Of a stretch of DNA of 32,258 nt, positions 1 to 8,017 are shown piece by piece. This DNA comes from Eubacteriales bacterium. GTDB lineage: Bacteria > Bacillota > Clostridia > Oscillospirales > CAG-272. The translations under genes were made by a program, and so were the position numbers. The first letter of the stretch is position 1, and each line of letters opens with the position of its first letter. The stretch covers positions 1 through 32,258 of the forward strand of contig JAZNWS010000169.1 in NCBI GenBank assembly GCA_045593485.1, given 5' to 3'. A model generated the notes under the pieces. The model had not been told where the DNA came from, searched no databases, and was given only the letters and a program-made list of their open reading frames with translations.

Positions 1-1
1 G

Positions 2-271
2 GATGCCTTTGAGGAAACGGGCTATATGCGCACGGAACTGTCCTCCGAGCGTTCTCTGGGCTACGATTTCGGCCTGCTTTTGTACAACGCAGCCTTCCTG
101 TAAAGCCCCCTCACGGCGCGTGCGCTGCGCCTGACCCTTGACATGGTAGATGCCTGCGGTATGTGGGCGGAGTACTACATCGACGGCGCGCCCGACAACT
201 GCCGCTGCCGCCCTTGGGAGAGCGCCATCAACATGGAGGCCATCCTGTACGCACTGGGCGTGAGCCGGTAA
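2..271 (+). pseudogene. 3' part of a gene entering from the left edge, with an in-frame TAA at 101-103; possibly an (alpha/alpha)6-barrel glycoside-hydrolase-like protein
   Basis: Frame +2 reads DAFEETGYMRTELSSERSLGYDFGLLLYNAAFL*SPLTARALRLTLDMVDACGMWAEYYIDGAPDNCRCRPWESAINMEAILYALGVSR*. Codon style is the same and the sequence protein-like on both sides of the stop. Family assignment is a weak inference. Not in the ORF track. Confidence 0.55.
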
Positions 272-311
272 ACAAAAGAACATGTTTGATTTCTGAGAGG
301 AGAACTGTCCT

Positions 312-2027
312 GTGGCCAGAATTTATGATAAAAACCCGAAGCTTCTGGGAAAGGATCCCGATGTCCGTTCCCGCCGCTACATCACGCCCTGCAGGATTGT
401 CTGGACCAGCCGGGAAAACGGTGCGGACGTTGCCAATGAAGAGTGCCTGCTCACGCCCCGCGCCGAGCAGCTGGTCTTTGCCGACAAAACGATGTGTGTT
501 CTGAAAAATACGCCGGGAAAGCCCAGAGCGTCTGTTCTGGTGGACTACGGCACGGAGCTGCACGGTACGGTGCGGGTGATGCTGGGTGAAGTCACCGGCG
601 AAAAGCCGGACGGATTTTTCCATCAGCGAGCCAATATCCGCATTCACCTGGGCGAATCCGCCATGGAGGCCATGAGCGACATCGGCGTGAAAAATGCCAC
701 CAACGACCATTCCAACCGCGATTTCAGCATGGAAGTGGGCGGATGGTCTGCTCCGGAAACCGGCGAATCGGGTTTTCGGTTTATGCGCATTGAATTGCTC
801 GACGAGGAAGCATCACTTGCCATCAAGAGCGTCAACGCTACCTTCATTTTCCGGGACGTTGAGTACAAAGGTTCCTTTGACTGCTCCGATCCGTTGCTCA
901 ACCGGATCTGGGACACCGCAGCCTATACCGTGCAGCTGAATATGCAGGAATATCTCTGGGACGGCATAAAGAGAGACCGTCTGGTGTGGATAGGAGATAT
1001 GCATACCGAGGTGTCCTCTGTCCTCACAGTGTTCGGAGACCACGAAATTATTGAGAGATCTCTTGATCTTGTACGTGATGAAACTCCCCTTGGCAGTTGG
1101 ATGAACGGAATGTCGTCATATTCTCTGTGGTGGATAATCATACAGCACGATCTTTACGTACATTGGGGTAATATAGAATATCTCAAGACGCAAAAGGAAT
1201 ACCTCTTGGGGCTTCTTTCAATACTTTCAGACTGTGTTGATGAGAATGGCATAGAGCGTATGCCCCCCGACAGATTTATCGACTGGCCAAGCAGAAACAA
1301 TAACAATGCGGTACACGCAGGCCTTCAGGGGCTGCTTAAAATAGCTCTCGAGCGCGGAGCGGAGCTTCTTGAAACACTTGGAGAGAACAAAATCGCAGAT
1401 AAATGTATCACATCATCTCAAAGAATGTCGCGTCACGTCCCTGATTGCGCGGGCTCAAAGCAAGCCGCTTCCCTGCTTATTCTCGCAGGCATAGGCGACA
1501 AAGACAAGATTCACAGCGAAGTCATTTCCCCCGGCGGCGCTATGGGATATTCCACGTTCTTTGGATATTATATTCTCGCAGCAAAGGCTCTTGCGGGGGA
1601 TCTTTCGGGCGCACTTGAGGATATGAAGGCTTACTTTGGCGGAATGCTTGACGTTGGCGCGACTACCTTCTGGGAGGATTTCAATATCCTGTGGCTTGAA
1701 AATGCGTCAAGAATAGATCAGCCCGTGCCCGAAGGCAAAACAGACATTCACGGAGCGTACGGAGATTTCTGCTACAAGGGATTTCGCCACTCCCTATGTC
1801 ACGGTTGGGCATCGGGTCCCTGTCCCTTCCTTACTCAATATGTACTTGGAGTAAGAGCATTGGCTCACGACGTCTACGAGATAAAGCCCAATCTTGCATC
1901 TCTTGAGTGGGCGCGCGGAAGTGTTCCCACACCTCACGGCAGCATTGAGGTGTCGGCAAAAAAGGTTGATGGCAAGGTAATAGTTGACATCAATTCTCCC
2001 CAAAGCATTACCGTTATTACAAGCTGA
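312..2027 (+). CDS. Alpha-L-rhamnosidase, GH78 family
   Basis: GH78 motifs DGIKRDRLVWIGD, GATTFWEDF, SLCHGWASGP and the C-terminal G.VPTPHG.I.V; SD GAGAGGAG before GTG; no signal peptide. Confidence 0.9.
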   Translation: MARIYDKNPKLLGKDPDVRSRRYITPCRIVWTSRENGADVANEECLLTPRAEQLVFADKTMCVLKNTPGKPRASVLVDYGTELHGTVRVMLGEVTGEKPDGFFHQRANIRIHLGESAMEAMSDIGVKNATNDHSNRDFSMEVGGWSAPETGESGFRFMRIELLDEEASLAIKSVNATFIFRDVEYKGSFDCSDPLLNRIWDTAAYTVQLNMQEYLWDGIKRDRLVWIGDMHTEVSSVLTVFGDHEIIERSLDLVRDETPLGSWMNGMSSYSLWWIIIQHDLYVHWGNIEYLKTQKEYLLGLLSILSDCVDENGIERMPPDRFIDWPSRNNNNAVHAGLQGLLKIALERGAELLETLGENKIADKCITSSQRMSRHVPDCAGSKQAASLLILAGIGDKDKIHSEVISPGGAMGYSTFFGYYILAAKALAGDLSGALEDMKAYFGGMLDVGATTFWEDFNILWLENASRIDQPVPEGKTDIHGAYGDFCYKGFRHSLCHGWASGPCPFLTQYVLGVRALAHDVYEIKPNLASLEWARGSVPTPHGSIEVSAKKVDGKVIVDINSPQSITVITS

Positions 2028-2066
2028 TATTTATAGAAAACAAATTATTTTACACATGGAGGCGCT

Positions 2067-3434
2067 ATGCAAATAGTTATCATTGGAAACGGTGTCGTTG
2101 GCGACACTCTAATATCTTCCATATGCGCAGAGGGACATAACGTCACAGTTATAGACGAAAATCCCGCTCTTATAGATGAAGTAGTTAATAAATACGACGT
2201 TTTCGGCGTGGTTGGAAACGGTGCTTCGGTTGATATTCAGCGCCAGGCAAACGTTCAGAACTGCGATGTGATCATTTCGGTAGCTACCGAGGATGAGCTT
2301 AACCTGCTTTGCTGCATGATAGGAAAGCGTCTTGGAGCAGCTCACGCGATAGCGAGAGTCCGCAACCCGCAATACCTTAAGCAAATGAGCTTCATGTGTG
2401 AGGAGCTCGGAATTGATCTCATCGTAAATCCCGAGTACGAGGCAGCGCACGAGGCGGCGAGAATCATTCGCTTCCCCGTTGCAATGAAGCTTGATAAATT
2501 CGCCAAGGGACGCGTGGAGGTGCTTGACATTTATATAGACTCCGACCACCCCCTCGTAGGGCAGAAGCTCATGGAGCTGCGCGCGAAATATTCCACTAAC
2601 GTCCTCGTATGCGCAGTCAGACATGGCAGCGAGGTCATCATTCCCGGCGGTGATTACGTTATCCGCGAGGGCGATTATATTTCATTGACCGCATCCCGTA
2701 AGGATATATCCGACTTTTTCGTGAAGCTGGGAATATTCGTCAAAAAAATAAAGAACGTATTCGTAATCGGCGGCAACAGCATTTCAAAATATCTCGCTAA
2801 CATGCTCTCGTCGGGCGGATTCCGCGTAAAGATAATTGAGGGCGACGAGGAGGTATGTCACGAGCTTGCTGACCTTTTCCCAAAGGCGGAAATAATCTGC
2901 GGTGATGCCGCAGATCCTGATCTTCTCGTTGAGGAGGGTATCGACTCTGCCGACGCATGCGTTGCTATGACGTCTGACGACAAGAACAATATAATCATTT
3001 CCATGTTTGCAAAAAATCACGGCGTCGACAAGGTAATTGCAAGAGTCTCCGCGCAGTCCTTCGGTAAGCTTTCCGAATCTGCGGGAATAGACTCGGATAT
3101 AAACCCCAAATACATAACCGCAACTCACGTAATCAGATACGTACGAGGACTTGCAAATCTCAAAAACAACGCTTCCCAAAGCACTATAAAAACCCTTTAC
3201 AAGCTCGCAGATAATAAGGTTGAGGCTTTGGAATTCGACGTTGGCGGCGACTTCAGTCAAACGGGAGTGCCGCTTAAGGACCTTAAGCTTAAAAGAAGCC
3301 TTCTCCTTGCGGCGATCATCCGTGACGGAGAGGTCATATACCCCCATGGACAGACGACTCTTGAGGTTGGCGATAGCGTAATCGTGATCACCGCAAAGGA
3401 TCGTATGTACACGCTTGAAGACATTCTTTTGTGA
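2067..3434 (+). CDS. trkA: Trk potassium uptake system NAD-binding subunit
   Basis: 455 aa with two RCK_N/RCK_C pairs; N-terminal IVIIGNGVVG, DELNLLCC, IARVRNP; SD GGAGG; adjacent to trkH. Confidence 0.95.
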   Translation: MQIVIIGNGVVGDTLISSICAEGHNVTVIDENPALIDEVVNKYDVFGVVGNGASVDIQRQANVQNCDVIISVATEDELNLLCCMIGKRLGAAHAIARVRNPQYLKQMSFMCEELGIDLIVNPEYEAAHEAARIIRFPVAMKLDKFAKGRVEVLDIYIDSDHPLVGQKLMELRAKYSTNVLVCAVRHGSEVIIPGGDYVIREGDYISLTASRKDISDFFVKLGIFVKKIKNVFVIGGNSISKYLANMLSSGGFRVKIIEGDEEVCHELADLFPKAEIICGDAADPDLLVEEGIDSADACVAMTSDDKNNIIISMFAKNHGVDKVIARVSAQSFGKLSESAGIDSDINPKYITATHVIRYVRGLANLKNNASQSTIKTLYKLADNKVEALEFDVGGDFSQTGVPLKDLKLKRSLLLAAIIRDGEVIYPHGQTTLEVGDSVIVITAKDRMYTLEDILL

Positions 3435-3443
3435 GGGTGAGAT

Positions 3444-4961
3444 ATGAATTTCAAAATGATACGGTATATCACCGGTCAGCTGTTGCTTGCGGAGGGCATG
3501 CTCATGCTCCTTCCCTTAGCAGTTTCGCTTATATACGGTGAATTTCTGAACGTCTGGGCTTTCGTAATACCCATAACCGCTCTGCTTATTTTCGGCGTGC
3601 TTATGGTAATAAAAAAGCCCGCGAACTCCGCCCTGGGCGCGAAAGAGGGATTTGTCACGGTAGGTCTTTCCTGGATAATCCTGTCGCTTTTCGGCGCACT
3701 TCCATTTGTAATTTCGGGACTTATTCCAAATTATATCGACGCATTCTTTGAAACTGTATCGGGATTTACCACGACAGGAGCAAGCGTGCTTGGCGCAGAC
3801 GCATTCTCAAAGCTCTGGACACCTGAGCTGAGCTATGAGTCTGCTATGATGGGAATGAGAGGAGTCTTTTTCTGGCGCAGCTTTACAAACTGGATAGGCG
3901 GTATGGGCGTGCTTGTATTTGTGCTTGCGGTAATGCCACAGCAGGATATGAAGTCCTCACGTCTCGTCCACGTCATGCGAGCGGAGATGCCCGGACCTAA
4001 GGTCGATAAAATCGTACCCACGATTAAAAAGACGGCGAGCATTATGTACGGCATATACATTGTTATGACACTTATATGCACTGTTCTCTTGCTTTTCGGA
4101 GGCATGGATCTTTACGAGTCGCTGACGACAGCCTTCTCAACCGCAGGCACGGGAGGCTTTGCTATCTGGGCTGATAGCATGGCATCATTCAGCGGAACTG
4201 TTGCTCACCCCGAATTCTGCATATGGGTGCTGTCAATATTCATGCTGCTTTTCGCAATCAATTTCAATCTTTATTACCTTATAATCACAGGAAAGGTGCT
4301 TTCTGCACTCTTTTCCGAGGAGCTTCGTTGGTTTATCGGCATCGTGGTTGGCGCTGTCGCTTTGGTATGTATTGACGCTAACGCTGTGTATGGAAGCTTT
4401 TCCGACACCTTACGACATTCGGTATTTCAGGTATCGTCCATTATTTCCACAACGGGCTTTGCCACGGATGACTTTAATCTGTGGGGGAATCTTGCAAAGA
4501 CGGTACTTCTGATAATTATGTTCATCGGCGCATGCGCGGGATCCACGGGCGGCGGAATCAAGATAAGCCGACTCGTAATAGCCCTCAAGAGCACCATGGC
4601 AGAGGTGCGTCATATGATACATCCCCGTCGTGTCAAGGCGGTCCGCTTTGAAAAAAAGACGGTTGACAAGGATACTCAAAGAGGAGTTTTCGCCTTTATT
4701 ATCACATACGCATTTATATTCTTTGGTTCGTTCCTTTTAGTAGCAATATTTGACGGCAGAAACATTGAAACAACATTCTCGGCGGTTGCCGCATGCATAA
4801 ATAATATAGGCCCAGGTCTTGGTGACGTAGGCCCTACAAGCAACTTCGCATCTCTCTCATACGTATCAAAAATAGTGCTTTCCTTCGATATGCTTTTTGG
4901 AAGACTTGAGATCTTCCCAATGCTTCTGCTTTTCTCACCTGCCGTATGGTTTGAAAAATAA
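3444..4961 (+). CDS. trkH: Trk potassium uptake membrane subunit
   Basis: Polytopic membrane protein with pore loops SGFTTTG, STAGTGGF, ISTTGF, NNIGPG, plus GACAGSTGGGIK and GRLEIFP. Confidence 0.95.
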   Translation: MNFKMIRYITGQLLLAEGMLMLLPLAVSLIYGEFLNVWAFVIPITALLIFGVLMVIKKPANSALGAKEGFVTVGLSWIILSLFGALPFVISGLIPNYIDAFFETVSGFTTTGASVLGADAFSKLWTPELSYESAMMGMRGVFFWRSFTNWIGGMGVLVFVLAVMPQQDMKSSRLVHVMRAEMPGPKVDKIVPTIKKTASIMYGIYIVMTLICTVLLLFGGMDLYESLTTAFSTAGTGGFAIWADSMASFSGTVAHPEFCIWVLSIFMLLFAINFNLYYLIITGKVLSALFSEELRWFIGIVVGAVALVCIDANAVYGSFSDTLRHSVFQVSSIISTTGFATDDFNLWGNLAKTVLLIIMFIGACAGSTGGGIKISRLVIALKSTMAEVRHMIHPRRVKAVRFEKKTVDKDTQRGVFAFIITYAFIFFGSFLLVAIFDGRNIETTFSAVAACINNIGPGLGDVGPTSNFASLSYVSKIVLSFDMLFGRLEIFPMLLLFSPAVWFEK

Positions 4962-4990
4962 GAGCAAATACAAAAAAGAAAGATGAAAAT

Positions 4991-5623
4991 ATGAATAACA
5001 ATGCAAAATTTATAGTATTTGAGGGCATTGACGGCGCGGGCAAATCCACGCAGATACAGCTTCTCGCAAAGAACCTCTCTGAGCGCGGCATAAAAACCCA
5101 CGTCTCCGCCGAGCCCACGAAATATCCGTCAGGACTCGCAATTCGCGAGGTGCTCTCGGGCAGAGTCAAGGTCACTGATGACCAGCTCGCCGTGATGTTT
5201 GCAAATGACAGAGCTAATCATAACACAAATACGGAGGATGGCATTGAAGCGCTGCTCAACGCTGGCATTTGTCCCATAAGCGACAGATATTATTACTCGT
5301 CTCTGGCTTATCAGGGCGTACAGATAGGACTCCCCCGCGTTATGGAGCTTAATCTTGAAAACCCAAATATCCGCCGTCCCGATCTGTGCATATTCCTTGA
5401 TCTTGAGCCTCAGCAGAGTCTTGAGAGAATAAACGCGCGTCACGTAAGCACGGAGATATTTGAAACCTACGAATATCTTGACAAGACGCGCAAGACATTT
5501 ATCAACGTTATTGAATTGCTCAGAGAAAAAGGCGAAAACATAGTATGCATCAACGCCGCGGGAAGCATTGATGAAATTTCCAACGCGGTGCTTTCAGCAG
5601 CGCTCAAGCTTTGGGAAGACTAA
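4991..5623 (+). CDS. tmk: Thymidylate (dTMP) kinase
   Basis: P-loop FIVFEGIDGAGKSTQ, SDRYYYSSLAYQG, PDLCIFLD. Confidence 0.95.
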   Translation: MNNNAKFIVFEGIDGAGKSTQIQLLAKNLSERGIKTHVSAEPTKYPSGLAIREVLSGRVKVTDDQLAVMFANDRANHNTNTEDGIEALLNAGICPISDRYYYSSLAYQGVQIGLPRVMELNLENPNIRRPDLCIFLDLEPQQSLERINARHVSTEIFETYEYLDKTRKTFINVIELLREKGENIVCINAAGSIDEISNAVLSAALKLWED

Positions 5624-5663
5624 TATTAAATTAATTTTGTAAAAACAGCAAAGGAGGTATATT

Positions 5664-6884
5664 GTGAAGCGTATATTAAAGCTTGCCGCTCTTATTTTGG
5701 CAATCTGCGTGATTATTCCCTGCTTCTGCATCGCAATATTCTCCGCAGAATACGTGGTGGCAGGGACAAACGGCGATACTCCCGCATCCGAGTCGTATCA
5801 AAAGAGTAAATATTACACGTATCTTACCGATACAAAGCTGACGGGCGATGGGCCTACCGACGTTATAGCAATAGCGCTCTCTCAGCTTGGATACAAGGAG
5901 AGCAACTCGGTCGATGAGCTTGGCGGTCTTGTCTCGGGCAAAGGAAACTTTACCGAATATAACTGGAATTTCGGAGATTTCAGCTCGGGCTACGGCTACC
6001 ATTGGTGCGCAGCATTTGTGTCATTCTGCCTTTTGCAGTCAGGCTGCCACGAGTTCAACACTCTTAAGGACTGGTGCAGAGATCACTCGAATGACACTTC
6101 ATACATATGGCGTGAGCTTGGATGTGAAAAATGGCGCGTCGCATTAAAGTCCGCGGGATTTTTCAAAACCTCCGTGGCTCATCAGAGCACAAACTCCCAA
6201 AAGCTTTACGAAACCTATGATCCCGAATATATTCCCTCCGCGGGAGATCTGATATTTTTTACGGACAACCCCTTCAAGACGGCATCTCACATAGGAATTG
6301 TGCTTTATATTGAAAACGATACGGTATATACCGTTGAGGGCAACACTCGCGCGCAAGACGGACTTGATGTCGACGGCGACGGAGTTTACATAAAAGCATA
6401 CAGTCTTTTCGACACAAAGATCACAGGCTATGCGGATATGCCATATAAGAGCAATAATTCCATCCAGAAGATAGATTACTCGGGCAAGACGTATACGACA
6501 GGCACGTATATGTCAAGAGCTGATATTCCTCTTTTTGAGGGCAGGGATGCGGCAACCGAAGGAAACACGAGCATAGCCAAGGCAATTCTGCCCATGTATT
6601 CTATGCTCTGCGCAAACGAGGTGTATGACGACGGAATATTCTACGTTGAGTGCGTGATCGGCGAGGAGAAGATTACGGGATACATCAAGGGCGCGGGACA
6701 GACTATTCAGACCGCCGTGACTACCTCGGAGCTGCATATCCCTGAGGACAGCGGAGAGATACCTACCCTGCCGCAAGCGTCATCATCAAGTGGCTGCAAT
6801 TCGTTTTTGTATATCAACTCGATAATGACCGTAATTTGCTTACTTGCATCGGGAGCGGTTATATTCAAAAGGAAAAAACATTGA
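5664..6884 (+). CDS. Secreted, C-terminally membrane-anchored CHAP-domain (putative peptidoglycan hydrolase) protein
   Basis: N-terminal signal peptide; ALSQLGYKE, catalytic Cys in HWCAAFVS, GDLIFF, His in SHIGIV, TVEGNT; C-terminal hydrophobic helix followed by KRKKH; SD AAGGAGG before GTG. Confidence 0.85.
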   Translation: MKRILKLAALILAICVIIPCFCIAIFSAEYVVAGTNGDTPASESYQKSKYYTYLTDTKLTGDGPTDVIAIALSQLGYKESNSVDELGGLVSGKGNFTEYNWNFGDFSSGYGYHWCAAFVSFCLLQSGCHEFNTLKDWCRDHSNDTSYIWRELGCEKWRVALKSAGFFKTSVAHQSTNSQKLYETYDPEYIPSAGDLIFFTDNPFKTASHIGIVLYIENDTVYTVEGNTRAQDGLDVDGDGVYIKAYSLFDTKITGYADMPYKSNNSIQKIDYSGKTYTTGTYMSRADIPLFEGRDAATEGNTSIAKAILPMYSMLCANEVYDDGIFYVECVIGEEKITGYIKGAGQTIQTAVTTSELHIPEDSGEIPTLPQASSSSGCNSFLYINSIMTVICLLASGAVIFKRKKH

Positions 6885-6925
6885 AAATAAAAAATCAGGC
6901 GGTTAAAACCGCCTGATTTTATTTT
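6885..6925. terminator. Bidirectional intrinsic terminator between convergent CHAP gene and gpsA
   Basis: Inverted repeat AAAATCAGGCGGTT/AACCGCCTGATTTT (6891-6920) flanked by A- and T-rich tracts. Confidence 0.85.
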
Positions 6926-7889
6926 AATTGTAAAATTCGGGTTTAAGACTTCTCTCAAAGAGATCGTGCATAGCGTCCTTGGGCTGAACTCCGTCATAAA
7001 GCACGGTATATACCGCATGACATATAGGCATATCAACGCCATATCTGTCAGCAAGCTTCATTATAGCCTTTGCAGTATAATATCCCTCCGCAAGCTTGTC
7101 GTATTTTTCGCCCTTTACGAGCATCTCGCCGTACATTCTGTTGTGACTGTGCTTTGAAAATACCGTCGCTTCGTAGTCACCAAGGTGGCAGAGCCCGTAT
7201 GCCGAGAGCTCGTTTCCGCCCATTTTCGCGATAAGTCTTGATACCTCGCGAGCACCTCTTGACATCAATGCGCCTTTAAGAGAGGAAAGTCCAAGTCCGT
7301 CAAGCATACCCGCAGCGATACCGATAACGTTCTTTGCCGCCGCGCCTATCTCGTTTCCTATAAGGTCGTCGCCGTAATAAAAACGTATAAGATCGCTTGA
7401 GAAATTCTCCACGAGATACTTTTTAACGTTCTTGTTTTCACTGTCAATTACCATACAGTTAGGCACGCCCGCATAAAACTCCTGAACGTGACCGGGACCT
7501 ATCCACACTGCAACCGCGCAGGAGGGGTCAACTCCGTCTGTGACGACCTCAGAAAGTCTTCTTCCCGTTTCAATGTCAATTCCCTTCATGCAAAGCACGA
7601 ATATCTTATTTTTCAACCCAAGCGGTCTTATCTCCTCAACAAGTCCCGCAAGCCCCTGCGAGTTTATGGAAATAACTATTACCTCCGCTCCGCAAAGACA
7701 GGATATATCCGTGGATATCCTTACGCTTTCAGGAAGCTCAAGCAGATCATTTCTGCGCTCACGCTGAAATCTCTGTATGTCGGGCGCTGTCGCAGGCCCG
7801 TAAAGAGTGACGTCAAACCCTTTTTTTGCTGAAAGATACCAAGTAATGAGCGAGCCCCATCTGCCCGCACCGATAACACTTATTTTCAA
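6924..7889 (-). CDS. gpsA: NAD(P)H-dependent glycerol-3-phosphate dehydrogenase
   Basis: KISVIGAGRWG Rossmann motif, CMKGID, GNEIGAAAKNVIGIAAG, SHNRMYG, AEGYYT. Start reassigned to TTG at 7889 behind SD GGGAGG. Confidence 0.93.
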   Translation of the reverse strand: MKISVIGAGRWGSLITWYLSAKKGFDVTLYGPATAPDIQRFQRERRNDLLELPESVRISTDISCLCGAEVIVISINSQGLAGLVEEIRPLGLKNKIFVLCMKGIDIETGRRLSEVVTDGVDPSCAVAVWIGPGHVQEFYAGVPNCMVIDSENKNVKKYLVENFSSDLIRFYYGDDLIGNEIGAAAKNVIGIAAGMLDGLGLSSLKGALMSRGAREVSRLIAKMGGNELSAYGLCHLGDYEATVFSKHSHNRMYGEMLVKGEKYDKLAEGYYTAKAIMKLADRYGVDMPICHAVYTVLYDGVQPKDAMHDLFERSLKPEFYN

Positions 7890-7913
7890 ATTAACCTCCC
7901 GTGCAAAAAGCAC

Positions 7914-7942
7914 TTGCAAAAAGTTATGTTTTAGTGTACAAT
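7914..7942 (+). promoter_or_regulatory. Putative sigma-A promoter for the ABC-F gene
   Basis: TTGCAA (7914-7919), 17-bp spacer, TACAAT (7937-7942). Confidence 0.55.
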
Positions 7943-7970
7943 ATATCTGTACATCTGATAATACGTATTT

Positions 7971-7999
7971 ATTATACATTATTTTGAAGAAAAAGTCAA
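7971..7999 (-). promoter_or_regulatory. Putative sigma-A promoter for gpsA
   Basis: Minus strand TTGACT (7999-7994), 17-bp spacer, TATAAT (7976-7971). Confidence 0.7.
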
Positions 8000-8017
8000 T
8001 AGAAAGGACTTATCTTA

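Noticed and set aside
101-103. Possible stop-codon reassignment (TAA readthrough)
   Set aside because: TAA terminates many genes in the window normally; a single internal stop is better explained by mutation or error.
6767-6782. LPQAS as a sortase motif in the CHAP protein
   Set aside because: It lacks the TG/AG ending and is separated from the hydrophobic helix by a Ser-rich-GC segment.
7890-7979. N-terminal extensions given by the ORF track for gpsA (also GH106-like, DAHP synthase, pyrC and the lipoprotein)
   Set aside because: Downstream starts have good SD motifs and match family N-termini; in gpsA and the lipoprotein the extension also runs into the predicted promoter or start-site region.
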